Below are positions 10,567-20,900 of a stretch of DNA of 64,000 nucleotides, piece by piece. Position 1 is the stretch's first letter; each line of letters begins with the position of its first letter. The stretch is from Rhodothermaceae bacterium. GTDB lineage: Bacteria; Bacteroidota; Rhodothermia; Rhodothermales; Bin80. Under the pieces are notes generated by a model, which saw only the letters and a list, made by a program, of their open reading frames with translations, was not told the origin of the DNA and did not search any database. The translations under genes were made by a program, and so were the position numbers. The stretch spans positions 22,702 to 86,701 of the forward strand of contig VXLY01000067.1 of NCBI GenBank assembly GCA_009841335.1, written 5' to 3'.

Positions 10567-11508
10567 TCACTTCTGTCCGGTTTGGGAGAATTTAGGATGA
10601 ACGATCGGCTCCAAGATGTCAAGCCGCCCTTCATTGATCCCTGCGGTCAGACGGGCGACCACCCCGATGGGCAGAACGCGACGGGGAATAAAATGGCCGT
10701 AGGTAAGCCCCGCCACGACCGGCCATGCGTATCCGCTGGCATATCCGGCGATAATTTCGTTCACGTTGCGTCGTGACTGTTCGTCGTTGATGTCCGGCCC
10801 TGTAAAAGCACCGACGATTAACCCCCCGAGTTTGTTAAGTATTCCGGCATTTTTCAGTTGCGCGAACAGTGCATCAATCCGGTAAGGTGCCTCGTTCACA
10901 TCTTCAATGAACAGCAGTGCCCCCTGTAGGCTTGGCAGATGTGGAGAGCCGATCATTCGAACGATCGAAGAGAGATTGCCTCCCAGGAGGGTTCCCGTAC
11001 ATTGACCTTCTTGCAATGTCTGCAAGTCCGTTACGGGAGGTGGCAGTTGTCCTTCAAGAAGTTGACGCAAGGCCTCTTTCATAGCAGTGTCAATCTTCCC
11101 CCATTCAACGACCACAGGTCCCGAAACAGATCGCCATCCTGCGTGCTTGAAAAGAGAGAGCTGAAGGGCTGTAATGTCGCTATAGCCGATCAGGACGCCT
11201 CGTTCACGCCGTGCGGCATCGTAGTCAATCCCGTCCAAAATCCGTAAGCAGCCGTATCCTCCCCTGAGTGCCATCAGGAACCGGTTTCTCAGAAGTGCTT
11301 GATTGAACTGTTCCGTACGTTGCGTATCTGACCCGGCCAGATAGCCGTGCGGTATAAGTTGATCTGGATCCCAATTAGTCACATATCCGTCTGCAGCAAG
11401 CGCGCTTAATCCGCGTTCCAGTCTTTCAGGTATTCGAGGCGGGCTCGCCGGGGCCACTATACCAAGTGGCTGATCGGGGAGGCGTGCGGAGGATTGAGTG
11501 TAATTCAT
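10567..11508 (-). CDS. ldcA: LD-carboxypeptidase (peptidase S66)
   Basis: GIVAPASP, RGGYG, GYSD (Ser), FIEDVNE (Glu), YGH (His). Confidence 0.9.
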   Translation of the reverse strand: MNYTQSSARLPDQPLGIVAPASPPRIPERLERGLSALAADGYVTNWDPDQLIPHGYLAGSDTQRTEQFNQALLRNRFLMALRGGYGCLRILDGIDYDAARRERGVLIGYSDITALQLSLFKHAGWRSVSGPVVVEWGKIDTAMKEALRQLLEGQLPPPVTDLQTLQEGQCTGTLLGGNLSSIVRMIGSPHLPSLQGALLFIEDVNEAPYRIDALFAQLKNAGILNKLGGLIVGAFTGPDINDEQSRRNVNEIIAGYASGYAWPVVAGLTYGHFIPRRVLPIGVVARLTAGINEGRLDILEPIVHPKFSQTGQK

Positions 11509-11522
11509 TTTGTGCGAAATAT

Positions 11523-12245
11523 ATGCCGAATTTTAATGACGGACAGGTAATTCGCTCCGGTGATTGTACGCCCTCCGGTCAAACTGTTGTCATACGTCCG
11601 CCGGAATACTGGCCGAACCTGGCCTTCGCGGCATTGATGCAAGCTGCAGACATAGTGGTCCTGGCAGATACCCTTCAATACAGTCGTCAGTCGTTGCAAA
11701 ATCGTACACGTGTTCGTAATCCCGACGGATGGCAGTGGGTTTCGGTACCGCTGAAAGGGGGGCAGCATGGTCGGTCGCAGGCTTCCACCCGCATCCGTCA
11801 GGTACCAGGCTGGCGGAAACAACATTGGAAAGCGATTGCGTTCAATTATGGCCAGTCACCGTACTTTGATCATTACGGAGAAACAATCAGAGCGCTGTAC
11901 AACCGAGAATGGGAATACTTGGGGGCATTGAATGTTGCAACTACCCGGTTGGTATTTGGATGGATGGGGTTTTCAGCAAGCCTGTTGACCGCGATGGAAT
12001 TGGAGGGGCGTCCAGACAGTATTGAAACGATAATGGCTTTCTGGCCGGAGGCGGAGCTATTAGCACCCGCCGAGATTCCTGAACCATGTGCCGCCCGTCG
12101 TTTGTATTTTGCGCAGCCGGATTACCGTCAGATTTTTGTCGGGTTTGCGCCCGGCATGACGGTGTTGGACCTGATCTTTAACTACGGACCCGAATGCGCG
12201 GACATCCTCCGCAGTGGTACACGTATTGAGCTAATTGACAGATAA
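11523..12245 (+). CDS. WbqC-family protein
   Basis: PEYWPNL, DTLQYSRQSLQNRTRV, NYGQSPYF, TVLDLIFNYGP. Likely start is 11523; the track start is 11466. Confidence 0.85.
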   Translation: MPNFNDGQVIRSGDCTPSGQTVVIRPPEYWPNLAFAALMQAADIVVLADTLQYSRQSLQNRTRVRNPDGWQWVSVPLKGGQHGRSQASTRIRQVPGWRKQHWKAIAFNYGQSPYFDHYGETIRALYNREWEYLGALNVATTRLVFGWMGFSASLLTAMELEGRPDSIETIMAFWPEAELLAPAEIPEPCAARRLYFAQPDYRQIFVGFAPGMTVLDLIFNYGPECADILRSGTRIELIDR

Positions 12246-12250
12246 AACCA

Positions 12251-13342
12251 ATGGACGCAATTGATCTTTCCTTTCTGGAGCAGCAGGTATTGTGGGGGGT
12301 CTCAATCGGTCGTTTGATCCTCTCAGGTCTGCTTCTTCTGCTGGGCATCCTGGCCTACCGCTTCGTGCGGTTGGTATTGGGAAGCCTGCTGAAGCGGTTT
12401 AATAAGAGCGGAGATATAGATGTGATCGACGATGTTAATCGTCTGCTGACTAAACCTCTCAGCCTGCTGATCAATGTGGTCCTCTGGAATGGCGTGATCG
12501 GCTTGCTCGCACTTCCTGAGGCACCTCTGAACATACATTCATGGTTCAGTATCGCAGGCGCGGTAGTTGTGCTGCTTGTAGCACTCTACTGTGCATTTCA
12601 TGTCGTGGATGTGTTCGCGGGGATTGCGAGGCGCGCAGCCGAAAAAACCGAGACACGGCTGGATGACCAATTAATTCCACCGGTCACCAATACGCTGAAG
12701 CTGGTACTGGTGCTGGTCGCCATGGCTGCCATATTAGGGGAGTTCGATGTCTCGGCCGCGGGCTTAATTGCAAGCCTTAGTATCGGTGGTCTGGCGCTGG
12801 CTTTTGCGGCAAAGGATACATTGGCGAATGTTTTTGGGTCGCTTGTAATCTTCAGCGAACGTCCGTTCCAGATTGGGGATGTCATAGATGTGGGTGGAGT
12901 TAACGGAGTGGTTGAGGAGGTTGGCGTTCGCAGTACGCACATTCGAAAATTCGACAAAACCGTTTCGATTTTGCCCAACCAGACCTTCACGAATGCAGAA
13001 ATCTGCAATTTGTCCAAAAGAGATGCGCGGCGGATCCGTTTTGAGGTTACGTTCACGCATGAGGTCACCACGTTGCAGCTGGAACAGTTTCTGAATTCGG
13101 TCAGGGAATCGCTGGATCAGCGAACTGACCTCCATGCGGATCAGAGCCTGGTTCGCCTGACAAACATGAACACCAATGGGCTGGTCGTCCTTGTCTTGGC
13201 GTTCACCAAGTCGCCAGGATACGACGAGTACATGCTGTCACAGGAAGAGATTTTGCTTGGCGTTCGCAAACTTGCAGAGGAGCAGGGATTGCCGATTATG
13301 CCGGCAAAGGAAATCCATCTTTCTGGTCAGCCCCCGAAATAA
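12251..13342 (+). CDS. MscS-family mechanosensitive channel
   Basis: Several TM helices, GGLALAFAAKDTLANVFG, RPFQIGD, GVVEEVGVRST. Confidence 0.93.
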   Translation: MDAIDLSFLEQQVLWGVSIGRLILSGLLLLLGILAYRFVRLVLGSLLKRFNKSGDIDVIDDVNRLLTKPLSLLINVVLWNGVIGLLALPEAPLNIHSWFSIAGAVVVLLVALYCAFHVVDVFAGIARRAAEKTETRLDDQLIPPVTNTLKLVLVLVAMAAILGEFDVSAAGLIASLSIGGLALAFAAKDTLANVFGSLVIFSERPFQIGDVIDVGGVNGVVEEVGVRSTHIRKFDKTVSILPNQTFTNAEICNLSKRDARRIRFEVTFTHEVTTLQLEQFLNSVRESLDQRTDLHADQSLVRLTNMNTNGLVVLVLAFTKSPGYDEYMLSQEEILLGVRKLAEEQGLPIMPAKEIHLSGQPPK

Positions 13343-13433
13343 TGTGGGATCATACCGCAAATTCCCCGATTATCCGGTTACAGGTTAAGGGAAGGTCAGT
13401 ATCTTGGCACATCACTAGCGTTAGTCTAATCAC

Positions 13434-13682
13434 ATGACCTCCAAACGGTATTGGCGAACTAACCTGCGGTACGTAGGAATACTCCTTGGAATATGGTTTT
13501 TGGTATCATTTGGTGCCAGCGTGCTTCTGGTTGATGTGCTGGATGGGATTCGCATGTTTGGCTTCAAACTGGGGTTCTGGTTTGCACAGCAGGGCGCGAT
13601 ATACGTTTTTGTTGTGATCATTTTTGTATACGTGGTCTTAATGAACCGGCTGGATAAAAAGTCAATTTCGGAAGGGACATGA
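13434..13682 (+). CDS. DUF4212 small membrane subunit of an SSS transporter
   Basis: YWRTNLR...GFKLGFWFAQQGAIYVFV; ATGA overlap with the symporter gene. Confidence 0.88.
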   Translation: MTSKRYWRTNLRYVGILLGIWFLVSFGASVLLVDVLDGIRMFGFKLGFWFAQQGAIYVFVVIIFVYVVLMNRLDKKSISEGT

Positions 13683-15358
13683 CGGTACAGGCATGGACCT
13701 TCATTATGGTGGGGCTCTCCTTTGCACTCTACATCGGAGTTGCCATTTGGTCTCGTGCGGGATCGACGGGAGAGTTCTATGTGGCCGGTGGGCGTGTTCA
13801 TCCCGTACTGAACGGAATGGCTACGGCGGCCGACTGGATGAGCGCAGCTTCGTTTATCTCCATGGCGGGGTTGATAGCGTTCATGGGCAGGGATGGCAGC
13901 GTTTATCTCCTTGGGTGGACTGGGGGATATGTGCTTTTGGCTTTGCTACTGGCTCCGTACCTGCGCAAATTTGGAAAATTTACTGTGCCTGACTTCGTCG
14001 GGGATCGGTACTATTCCCAGACTGCCCGCTTCGTTGCGGTGCTGTGCGCCATTTTTGTGTCGTTCACCTATGTGGCAGGCCAGATGCGTGGTGTGGGTAT
14101 CGTGTTTTCGCGCTTCCTTGAAATTGATATTGTGCTAGGCGTGCTTATAGGTATGGGTATCGTGTTTTTCTACGCTGTACTCGGAGGTATGCGAGGCATA
14201 ACGTATACCCAGGTGGCTCAGTACTGCGTACTCATTTTTGCGTACCTGGTGCCGGCAATTTTTATCTCGCTACTGATGACGGGAAATGTGATTCCCCAAG
14301 TAGGTTTTGGGAGTACGCTGGCGGACGGTTCTGGAACCTACCTATTAGAGAAACTTGATGGTCTTAGCAGGGATCTGGGTTTTGCTGCCTATACGAGCGG
14401 GCAGAAGAGCATGATTGATGTCTTTGCGATCACCGCGGCGCTAATGGTTGGGACGGCAGGTCTGCCCCATGTTATCGTCCGGTTTTACACCGTACCGCGC
14501 ATGCGGGATGCGCGAACAAGTGCGGGCTGGGCGCTTGTTTTTATTGCACTTTTGTACACGAGCGCACCAGCGGTTGCAGCATTTGCCCGAACAAATCTAT
14601 TAACGACCGTTACGGATCAACCCTATTCTGAGGTTCCAGACTGGTTCAAAAATTGGGAGCAGACCGGTCTAATCAAGTTTGAGGATAAAAATGGAGACGG
14701 CAGGATTCAGTATGTCGGGCCGTCGGCAGATAGAGAAAACGAACTCACCATTGATCCCGATATCATGGTTTTGGCCAATCCGGAGATTGCCAGACTTCCC
14801 GGCTGGGTAATCGGGTTGGTTGCGGCAGGTGGACTTGCTGCAGCGCTTTCCACTGCGGCCGGACTGCTATTGGTTATTTCGACGGCGGTTGCCCGTGATC
14901 TCCTCAAAAAAGGCTTTATGCCGGAGATTTCTGAGAAGCGAGAGCTTTTGACTGCACGCATAACTGCGGGGGCTGCTGTAATCATCGCAGGCTATTTTGG
15001 TATTGATCCGCCAGGCTTTGTTGCCCAAGTCGTAGCTTTCGCTTTTGGCCTAGCTGCAGCGTCCTTCTTCCCAGCGATCATCTTGGGGATCTTTACACGG
15101 CGCATGAACAAGTTCGGCGCCGTAAGCGGCATGATTGCCGGCATAGCTTTTACAGCGTGCTACATCGTCTTTTTCAAGTTTATAAGGCCTGACCTGAATG
15201 TTGCAGAGTACTGGCTTTTTGGTATTTCTCCTGAGGGCATCGGAGCGGTGGGGATGGTGCTCAATTTCGTTGTAGCCACCGTGGTCTCGAAATTTACTCC
15301 GCCTCCCCCCGCATCGATTGATGCTCTGATAGACAGGATCCGGGCACCAGGTGACTGA
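13679..15358 (+). CDS. Sodium:solute symporter, ActP-like (acetate/monocarboxylate)
   Basis: EFYVAG, NGMATAADWMSAASFIS, LMVGTAGLPHVIVRFYT; paired with DUF4212. Confidence 0.9.
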   Translation: MTVQAWTFIMVGLSFALYIGVAIWSRAGSTGEFYVAGGRVHPVLNGMATAADWMSAASFISMAGLIAFMGRDGSVYLLGWTGGYVLLALLLAPYLRKFGKFTVPDFVGDRYYSQTARFVAVLCAIFVSFTYVAGQMRGVGIVFSRFLEIDIVLGVLIGMGIVFFYAVLGGMRGITYTQVAQYCVLIFAYLVPAIFISLLMTGNVIPQVGFGSTLADGSGTYLLEKLDGLSRDLGFAAYTSGQKSMIDVFAITAALMVGTAGLPHVIVRFYTVPRMRDARTSAGWALVFIALLYTSAPAVAAFARTNLLTTVTDQPYSEVPDWFKNWEQTGLIKFEDKNGDGRIQYVGPSADRENELTIDPDIMVLANPEIARLPGWVIGLVAAGGLAAALSTAAGLLLVISTAVARDLLKKGFMPEISEKRELLTARITAGAAVIIAGYFGIDPPGFVAQVVAFAFGLAAASFFPAIILGIFTRRMNKFGAVSGMIAGIAFTACYIVFFKFIRPDLNVAEYWLFGISPEGIGAVGMVLNFVVATVVSKFTPPPPASIDALIDRIRAPGD

Positions 15359-15615
15359 GGTTTTGTCGGGGGCATGGCAACCACGATCCAGGATGTGTTT
15401 TTGTGGGCGTATCGGGGCAGGAATCGGACGATGCAGCGGTAATTGAATAAGAGACCGCCTGTGTGTGCTTTCGGGATGGGGCGACCACCGACAGCGGTGT
15501 TCGTGTTCCCCAAGAGTCCGCTGAATAGACGTACGCGCCGCCGCAGAGCTATCACTTACAGGCATAATTCGTCCACATTTCTTAGATTAGTATTTCACAA
15601 CTGTGCTCCAGCGCC

Positions 15616-16083
15616 ATGAATTCCAGATTATTTTTGACAGTAGCCGCTATTATCCTTATTTATTCCGGATGCGTTCCAGCTGACCAGGGAGCCTCCGATG
15701 AAATGGCTCAGATGGGCTCAGATGATTGCCCGAACCTTGCTGGTACCTGGGAATTGGTGGAAATCAGAGAGTCTGCGGGAGCGCTGAGCGGGGAGTTTGA
15801 GAGTGATCCCGAGTACCGGGAGGCACCGACGCTCAAGGTGCTTAACAGCACACACTGGATGTTTATTCGGCAGACCGCCGATGTATTTGTGCACGCGCAG
15901 GGGGGACGGTACACGCTTGATTCCCTGGGGCAGTATACCGAGTATGTGGAGTACAGTGCGATTCCTCAAAATGTCGGCCAGGCATTTGAGTTCAGTTGTA
16001 GCCTCGAGGGCGATTCTCTGTGGCATCATTTGGGTGGCCAAGGTGACGCGCGTTACGATGAAGTTTGGCGCCGCGTACAATAG
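15616..16083 (+). CDS. Hypothetical lipoprotein (lipocalin-like/DUF4488-like beta-barrel)
   Basis: Lipobox IYSG-C, LAGTWELV, GGRYTL...YTEYVEY, EVWRRV. Confidence 0.65.
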   Translation: MNSRLFLTVAAIILIYSGCVPADQGASDEMAQMGSDDCPNLAGTWELVEIRESAGALSGEFESDPEYREAPTLKVLNSTHWMFIRQTADVFVHAQGGRYTLDSLGQYTEYVEYSAIPQNVGQAFEFSCSLEGDSLWHHLGGQGDARYDEVWRRVQ

Positions 16084-16128
16084 TTCAGGTAGTCCGGTAT
16101 CCTTTGCTGATCACCAAATTATTATCGG

Positions 16129-17730
16129 ATGCAGTTTGCTCTGATTGACTACCTTGTGTTCGGTGCTTACTGTCTTCTGATTGTGACGCTGGGGCTATGG
16201 GTCTCGCGAGAGAAGAAGGGGCATGTCAAGAACGCTGAGGACTATTTTCTTGCAAGCAAGTCACTCCCTTGGTGGGCGATCGGTGCTTCGTTAATTGCGT
16301 CTAATATTTCGGCGGAGCAGTTCATTGGAATGTCGGGCTCTGGCTTCCGCCTGGGGTTGGCTATTGCAACCTATGAGTGGATGGCCGCGATCACGCTACT
16401 GCTGGTTGCGTGGTTGTTCATTCCCATCTATTTGAAGAAGGGCATCTACACGATGCCACAGTTTCTGGAGGTTCGCTATGACGCGCGCGTCCGGACTCTC
16501 CTTGCTGTGTTCTGGCTACTGGTGTATGTGTTCGTGAACCTCACCTCCGTTGTTTATCTCGGCGCACTTGCCCTCAGAGACATCATGGGCATCGCCCTTT
16601 GGCAAGGAGTTTTGGCGCTCGCGGTGTTTGCCACGGTGTACAGCATCTACGGGGGACTCAAGGCGGTTGCCTGGACAGATGTGGTTCAGGTATGTTTTCT
16701 GATTGGTGGGGGACTCTTGACCACGGTCCTCGCGCTGAATGCCTATAGCGGGGGAGAAGGTGCTTTTTCTGGGCTCAGCAGATTGCTGAATGAAGTGCCT
16801 GATCGGTTCAACATGATACTTAACCAGGGGGAACTGATCTATACGGATGACGATGGCATACGGCAGGATGCATGGGAGTTACTACCCGGAATTGGTGTAT
16901 TGGTCGGCGGTATGTGGATAGCAAACCTGTTTTACTGGGGGTGCAATCAGTATATCATCCAACGGACGCTGGCTGCACCGAGCTTGAAAGAAGCGCAGCG
17001 CGGCGTTGCTTTTGCAGGCTTTTTGAAGCTGCTTCTGCCTCTGATTGTGGTGGTTCCAGGGATCGTTGCGTATGCACTTGAGGCTCCGATCGGAGCCGCA
17101 GATGAAGCTTACCCCTGGCTTTTGAACGCGTATGTCGGTCCAGGGCTGAAAGGGCTCACGTTTGCAGCACTGATAGCGGCCATTGTCTCTTCTCTGGCTT
17201 CTATGATGAACAGTACGAGCACCATATTCACGATGGACCTGTACCGTAACTACATCCGCCCGAATGCGAGTCAGCGAGACCTCGTGCGTACGGGGAGACT
17301 GGTTGCGCTGGTCAGTATGGCCATAGCGGCATTTCTGGCCCCCCAGTTGGCGTCACTGGACCAAGTATTCCAGTACATTCAGGAATACACAGGGTTCGTC
17401 AGCCCCGGCGTTCTGGCCATTTTCGTACTTGGCTTGTTCTGGAAAAAATCAACTGCCAACGCTGCACTGATTTCAGCTTTACTCAGTATTCCGCTGTCTG
17501 CGGCCATGAAATGGGCCATGCCAGGGATGCCGTTCCTTGACCGGATGGGTTGGGTATTTGTGATCTCCGTGGCATTGATTGTGGTCGTTTCTCTAATTGA
17601 GGGTAGAGGCAAGGATAGTCGCGGGGCAGTTGTTATCAGCCGAAGTGTCATTCAGGCAGATCCGGTGTTTGCTATTCTGGCTTTTGGAATAATGGCGGTA
17701 ACAGCTGCGCTGTACGTGGTTTTCTGGTAA
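16129..17730 (+). CDS. Sodium/sugar symporter (SGLT-like SSS)
   Basis: DYFLASKSLPWWAIGASLIASNISAEQFIGMSGSG, YGGLKAVAWTD, YWGCNQYIIQR. Confidence 0.92.
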   Translation: MQFALIDYLVFGAYCLLIVTLGLWVSREKKGHVKNAEDYFLASKSLPWWAIGASLIASNISAEQFIGMSGSGFRLGLAIATYEWMAAITLLLVAWLFIPIYLKKGIYTMPQFLEVRYDARVRTLLAVFWLLVYVFVNLTSVVYLGALALRDIMGIALWQGVLALAVFATVYSIYGGLKAVAWTDVVQVCFLIGGGLLTTVLALNAYSGGEGAFSGLSRLLNEVPDRFNMILNQGELIYTDDDGIRQDAWELLPGIGVLVGGMWIANLFYWGCNQYIIQRTLAAPSLKEAQRGVAFAGFLKLLLPLIVVVPGIVAYALEAPIGAADEAYPWLLNAYVGPGLKGLTFAALIAAIVSSLASMMNSTSTIFTMDLYRNYIRPNASQRDLVRTGRLVALVSMAIAAFLAPQLASLDQVFQYIQEYTGFVSPGVLAIFVLGLFWKKSTANAALISALLSIPLSAAMKWAMPGMPFLDRMGWVFVISVALIVVVSLIEGRGKDSRGAVVISRSVIQADPVFAILAFGIMAVTAALYVVFW

Positions 17731-17764
17731 TCCAGGGGCAGAGACGATAGTTTTTTGGATTTCT

Positions 17765-17793
17765 TTGAGTGATTTATTATTTATTGTTATATT
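17765..17793 (+). promoter_or_regulatory. Sigma70-type promoter for the TonB receptor operon
   Basis: -35 TTGAGT (17765-17770), 17-bp spacer, extended -10 TGn-TATATT (17788-17793). Confidence 0.55.
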
Positions 17794-17843
17794 AGTATGT
17801 CGTGTTGGCTCCGGTTCGGCATCGGCTGGTCGCTTAATGCGCA

Positions 17844-17857
17844 TGAAAGCGTTTCCA
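17844..17857. promoter_or_regulatory. LacI-family/cre-like operator
   Basis: TGAAAGCGTTTCCA fits TGNAANCGNTTNCA and lies between the promoter and the ATG at 17935. Confidence 0.55.
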
Positions 17858-17934
17858 AGGCTTGTAAAGCCATATCTGGCGCCCTGTGTTTGTTGCGGGA
17901 CGCCTTAAACATGAACTAAACTTAGGATTGAATT

Positions 17935-20900
17935 ATGAGACTAAAAGGGTTACTGGGTGTAGCTGTGATGCTGATCCTTACCGTGCCGGTCGTGTTTGCC
18001 CAACAGGGCAAGATTGATGGCGTGGTGACCGATGCTGCCACGGGAGAGACCATTCCCGGAGCAAGTGTTAGGATTGAGGGCACTACTCAGGGAACAGCAA
18101 CGCAGGTAGACGGCTACTTCTTCATCAATAATGTGCGTCCAGGTACCTACACGCTGGTCGTTTCGTTTGTAGGATTTTTGGACCAGAGAGTAGAGGGTAT
18201 TCGGGTTTCTACCGGACTGACAACTACCAGGAACATTCAAATCCGAGAAGAGGCGGTTGGGCTTGAAGAGATCGTGGTCACAAGTGAACGTCCCATTGTG
18301 CAGTTGGATGTGTCTGCCAATGTGGCCAGTCTCAACCCCGAGGCTTTTCAAGATCTCCCGGTGGCCGGTGTCAGTGAGGTACTTGACCTCCAGGCCGGTA
18401 TTGAGCCGGGGCTGCGCGTACGTGGTGGAGGTCTGAATGAAGTTGCTTTTGTGGTTGATGGCATGAATTTGCGGACCGGTCGCTCGCATCAACCATTCAC
18501 GAACATCAGCTACACTTCACTGGAGGAAGTACAGGTCCAGACAGGAGGTTTCAACGCAGAGTACGGAAACGTACGGAGTGGTATCGTGAACGTTACTACC
18601 AAAGAGCCTTCCCGGACACGCTACACCTTTGACGCACTGTATCGGTATCAACCCGCCCAGCCAAAGTCTCTTGAAGGCTTGGGAGGTACGAATCTGGACA
18701 ATTGCAATTACTCCGGTCCGGTAACGGGGGACTGTGATAGCTGGTTCGTTCGCCCGTTCCTTGACCCGGCAGTGGCTTGGGAAGGCACCGGTAATGGCGC
18801 ATGGGATCCCTATACACAGAACCAGTACAATGCTTTTGAGGGCTGGAACGCACTCGCTGACCGGCTTCTGAATGACGAGGGTTTTGATGTTACTGCTCAG
18901 GATATGCAGGAATACTTCAAGCATACCCATCGCAAGGACAACGAGATCACCATGCCGGACTATGAGGCGGATGTTACCTTGGCTGGCCCACTGGTTCCCG
19001 GCCTTAGCAACAGACAGGGTGTTCCAGACGCATTCAGTAGCCTGCGCTTCTCTGTATCCTACAGAGGTACGCAGACTGCTTATATCTATCCTCAGAGCCG
19101 AGAAGCTTTCAAGAATCAGACATTCCAAGGCAAGTTGATCTCAAACGTTGCGCCAGGAATGAAGCTGAGTGTGCAGGGTATGAAGGGTGTAGAGCGCGGC
19201 ATCAACCGTTCTCAGGGGAGCGCAGATCTCCGAATGTACGGTGGGCAAATGCCGTCTTATCCATGGTGGGGTGCCGGAGCAGAGATCGTTGATGGTATCA
19301 ACCGCCGTGGACGTGTGATTCTGTCTGATGGTGCGTTCCCGCTCGCCAATGTTGACCACACTCTACTCGGAGCCACATTCACGCACACGCTTAGTGCGAG
19401 CACCTTCTACGAAGTTCATCTGCAGAATATTGCGTCAAAGTACCGCAGTCATTTTCCGAATCTTCGTGATGGCTCATATACGGAAGACGGTGTCTTCTAC
19501 CCGGTTCCTTACACCAATAACTTTGGTCGGCTAACTCCCGCGGGCGAGGCAAACAGGGACCAGGTAACCTGCTTTGGTGGTGCTGGAGATCTCAATGGAG
19601 ACGGCGTGACAACCCCGTATTGTGTTGGGGATGAACCGTTTGGATTTTTGGGGCAGGGCGGTAACCTGCTCGGCGGTGCCGAGACCACCGGTGGTCACTG
19701 GGTGAAGACTCGAGACACTTCTGATGTGAGTGTATTTACCGGTCGGTTTGACTTGACCAGTCAGGTAACCCGGGTGCTTCAGCTCAAAACGGGTGCAGAA
19801 CTTATTATCAGCGATTACGATCTGAATTACAAGAGAGTAAACCTTGCATTGGTGGGGCCGGAAGCCGAGGCCGATTATCCACTCTCACGCCAACCCATCC
19901 AAGGTGCAGCCTATGCACAGGGTAAGCTGGAATTCCAGGGCATGATCGCCAACCTTGGTGTGCGCATAGACTTCTTTGATGCGAATACAGCCTGGTGGGT
20001 AGCGGAGAACCCGTATGATCAGGCTTTCCGGCAGCGAGTGGAAGGTTTGGATGAACTGCTGAGCAAAGAGGATCCGGCGGCACAGATATTCATAAGCCCC
20101 CGGTTGGGTATCTCCTTCCCGATCACGCAGGAAAGCAAGCTTTATTTCAACTACGGCCATTTCCGTCAAATGCTGAACCCATTTGATGTGTTTGGTATTC
20201 AGCAGTCGCGCAACAGTGGTATTGATGTAATGGGTAACCCAGACCATCCAATGCCCCAGACTGTGGCGTATGAGTTGGGATTTGACCAGAACCTCTTTGA
20301 CCAGTACTTGCTGAGGGTCAGCGGTTTCTATCGTGATATCCGCAATCAGCCTCGTAATGTTACCTACAATAGCCTGGGTGGTGTCGTGAACTATGCGATC
20401 AAGCAGCCCTGGAATTATGAGGATGTACGTGGGGCAGAAATCACATTGACCAAGCTGCGCGGGGACTGGGTTCGGGGATTTGTCAACTACACCTTCCTGC
20501 AGACCAAAGGCGGCAACTTTGGCTACAGCCAATTCAACGAGAACACCTTCCAGCAGCGGAACTATTTACGGACCTCGACGGACTACCGTATTGGGGCTCC
20601 ATTGGCTGAGCCGTTTGCCCGTGCAAACGTGCTCTTCTTGACGCCGACTAGTTTTGTGCCTTCTTTGTTAAATGGTTCATTGCTGGGAGATTGGCGCGTA
20701 AGCCTGCTAGGCGAATGGCGTGCAGGTCAGAAATGGAGATGGGCAGGCGGTGGCGGTGCACCTCCCGAATTGCAGGAGAATGTACGCTGGCGGAGCTATG
20801 TTAATTTTGATCTTCGCTTCACGAAGCATGTCAATACGCGATTCGGCGGTGCACAGATCTTCCTTGATGTGTCTAACCTCTTCAATCGCCGCCATCTGTA

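Noticed and set aside
7182-15569. Shared 14-mer TTACAGGCATAATT at 7182-7195 and 15556-15569
   Set aside because: Only two copies, not palindromic, and chance 14-mer matches are expected in 64 kb.
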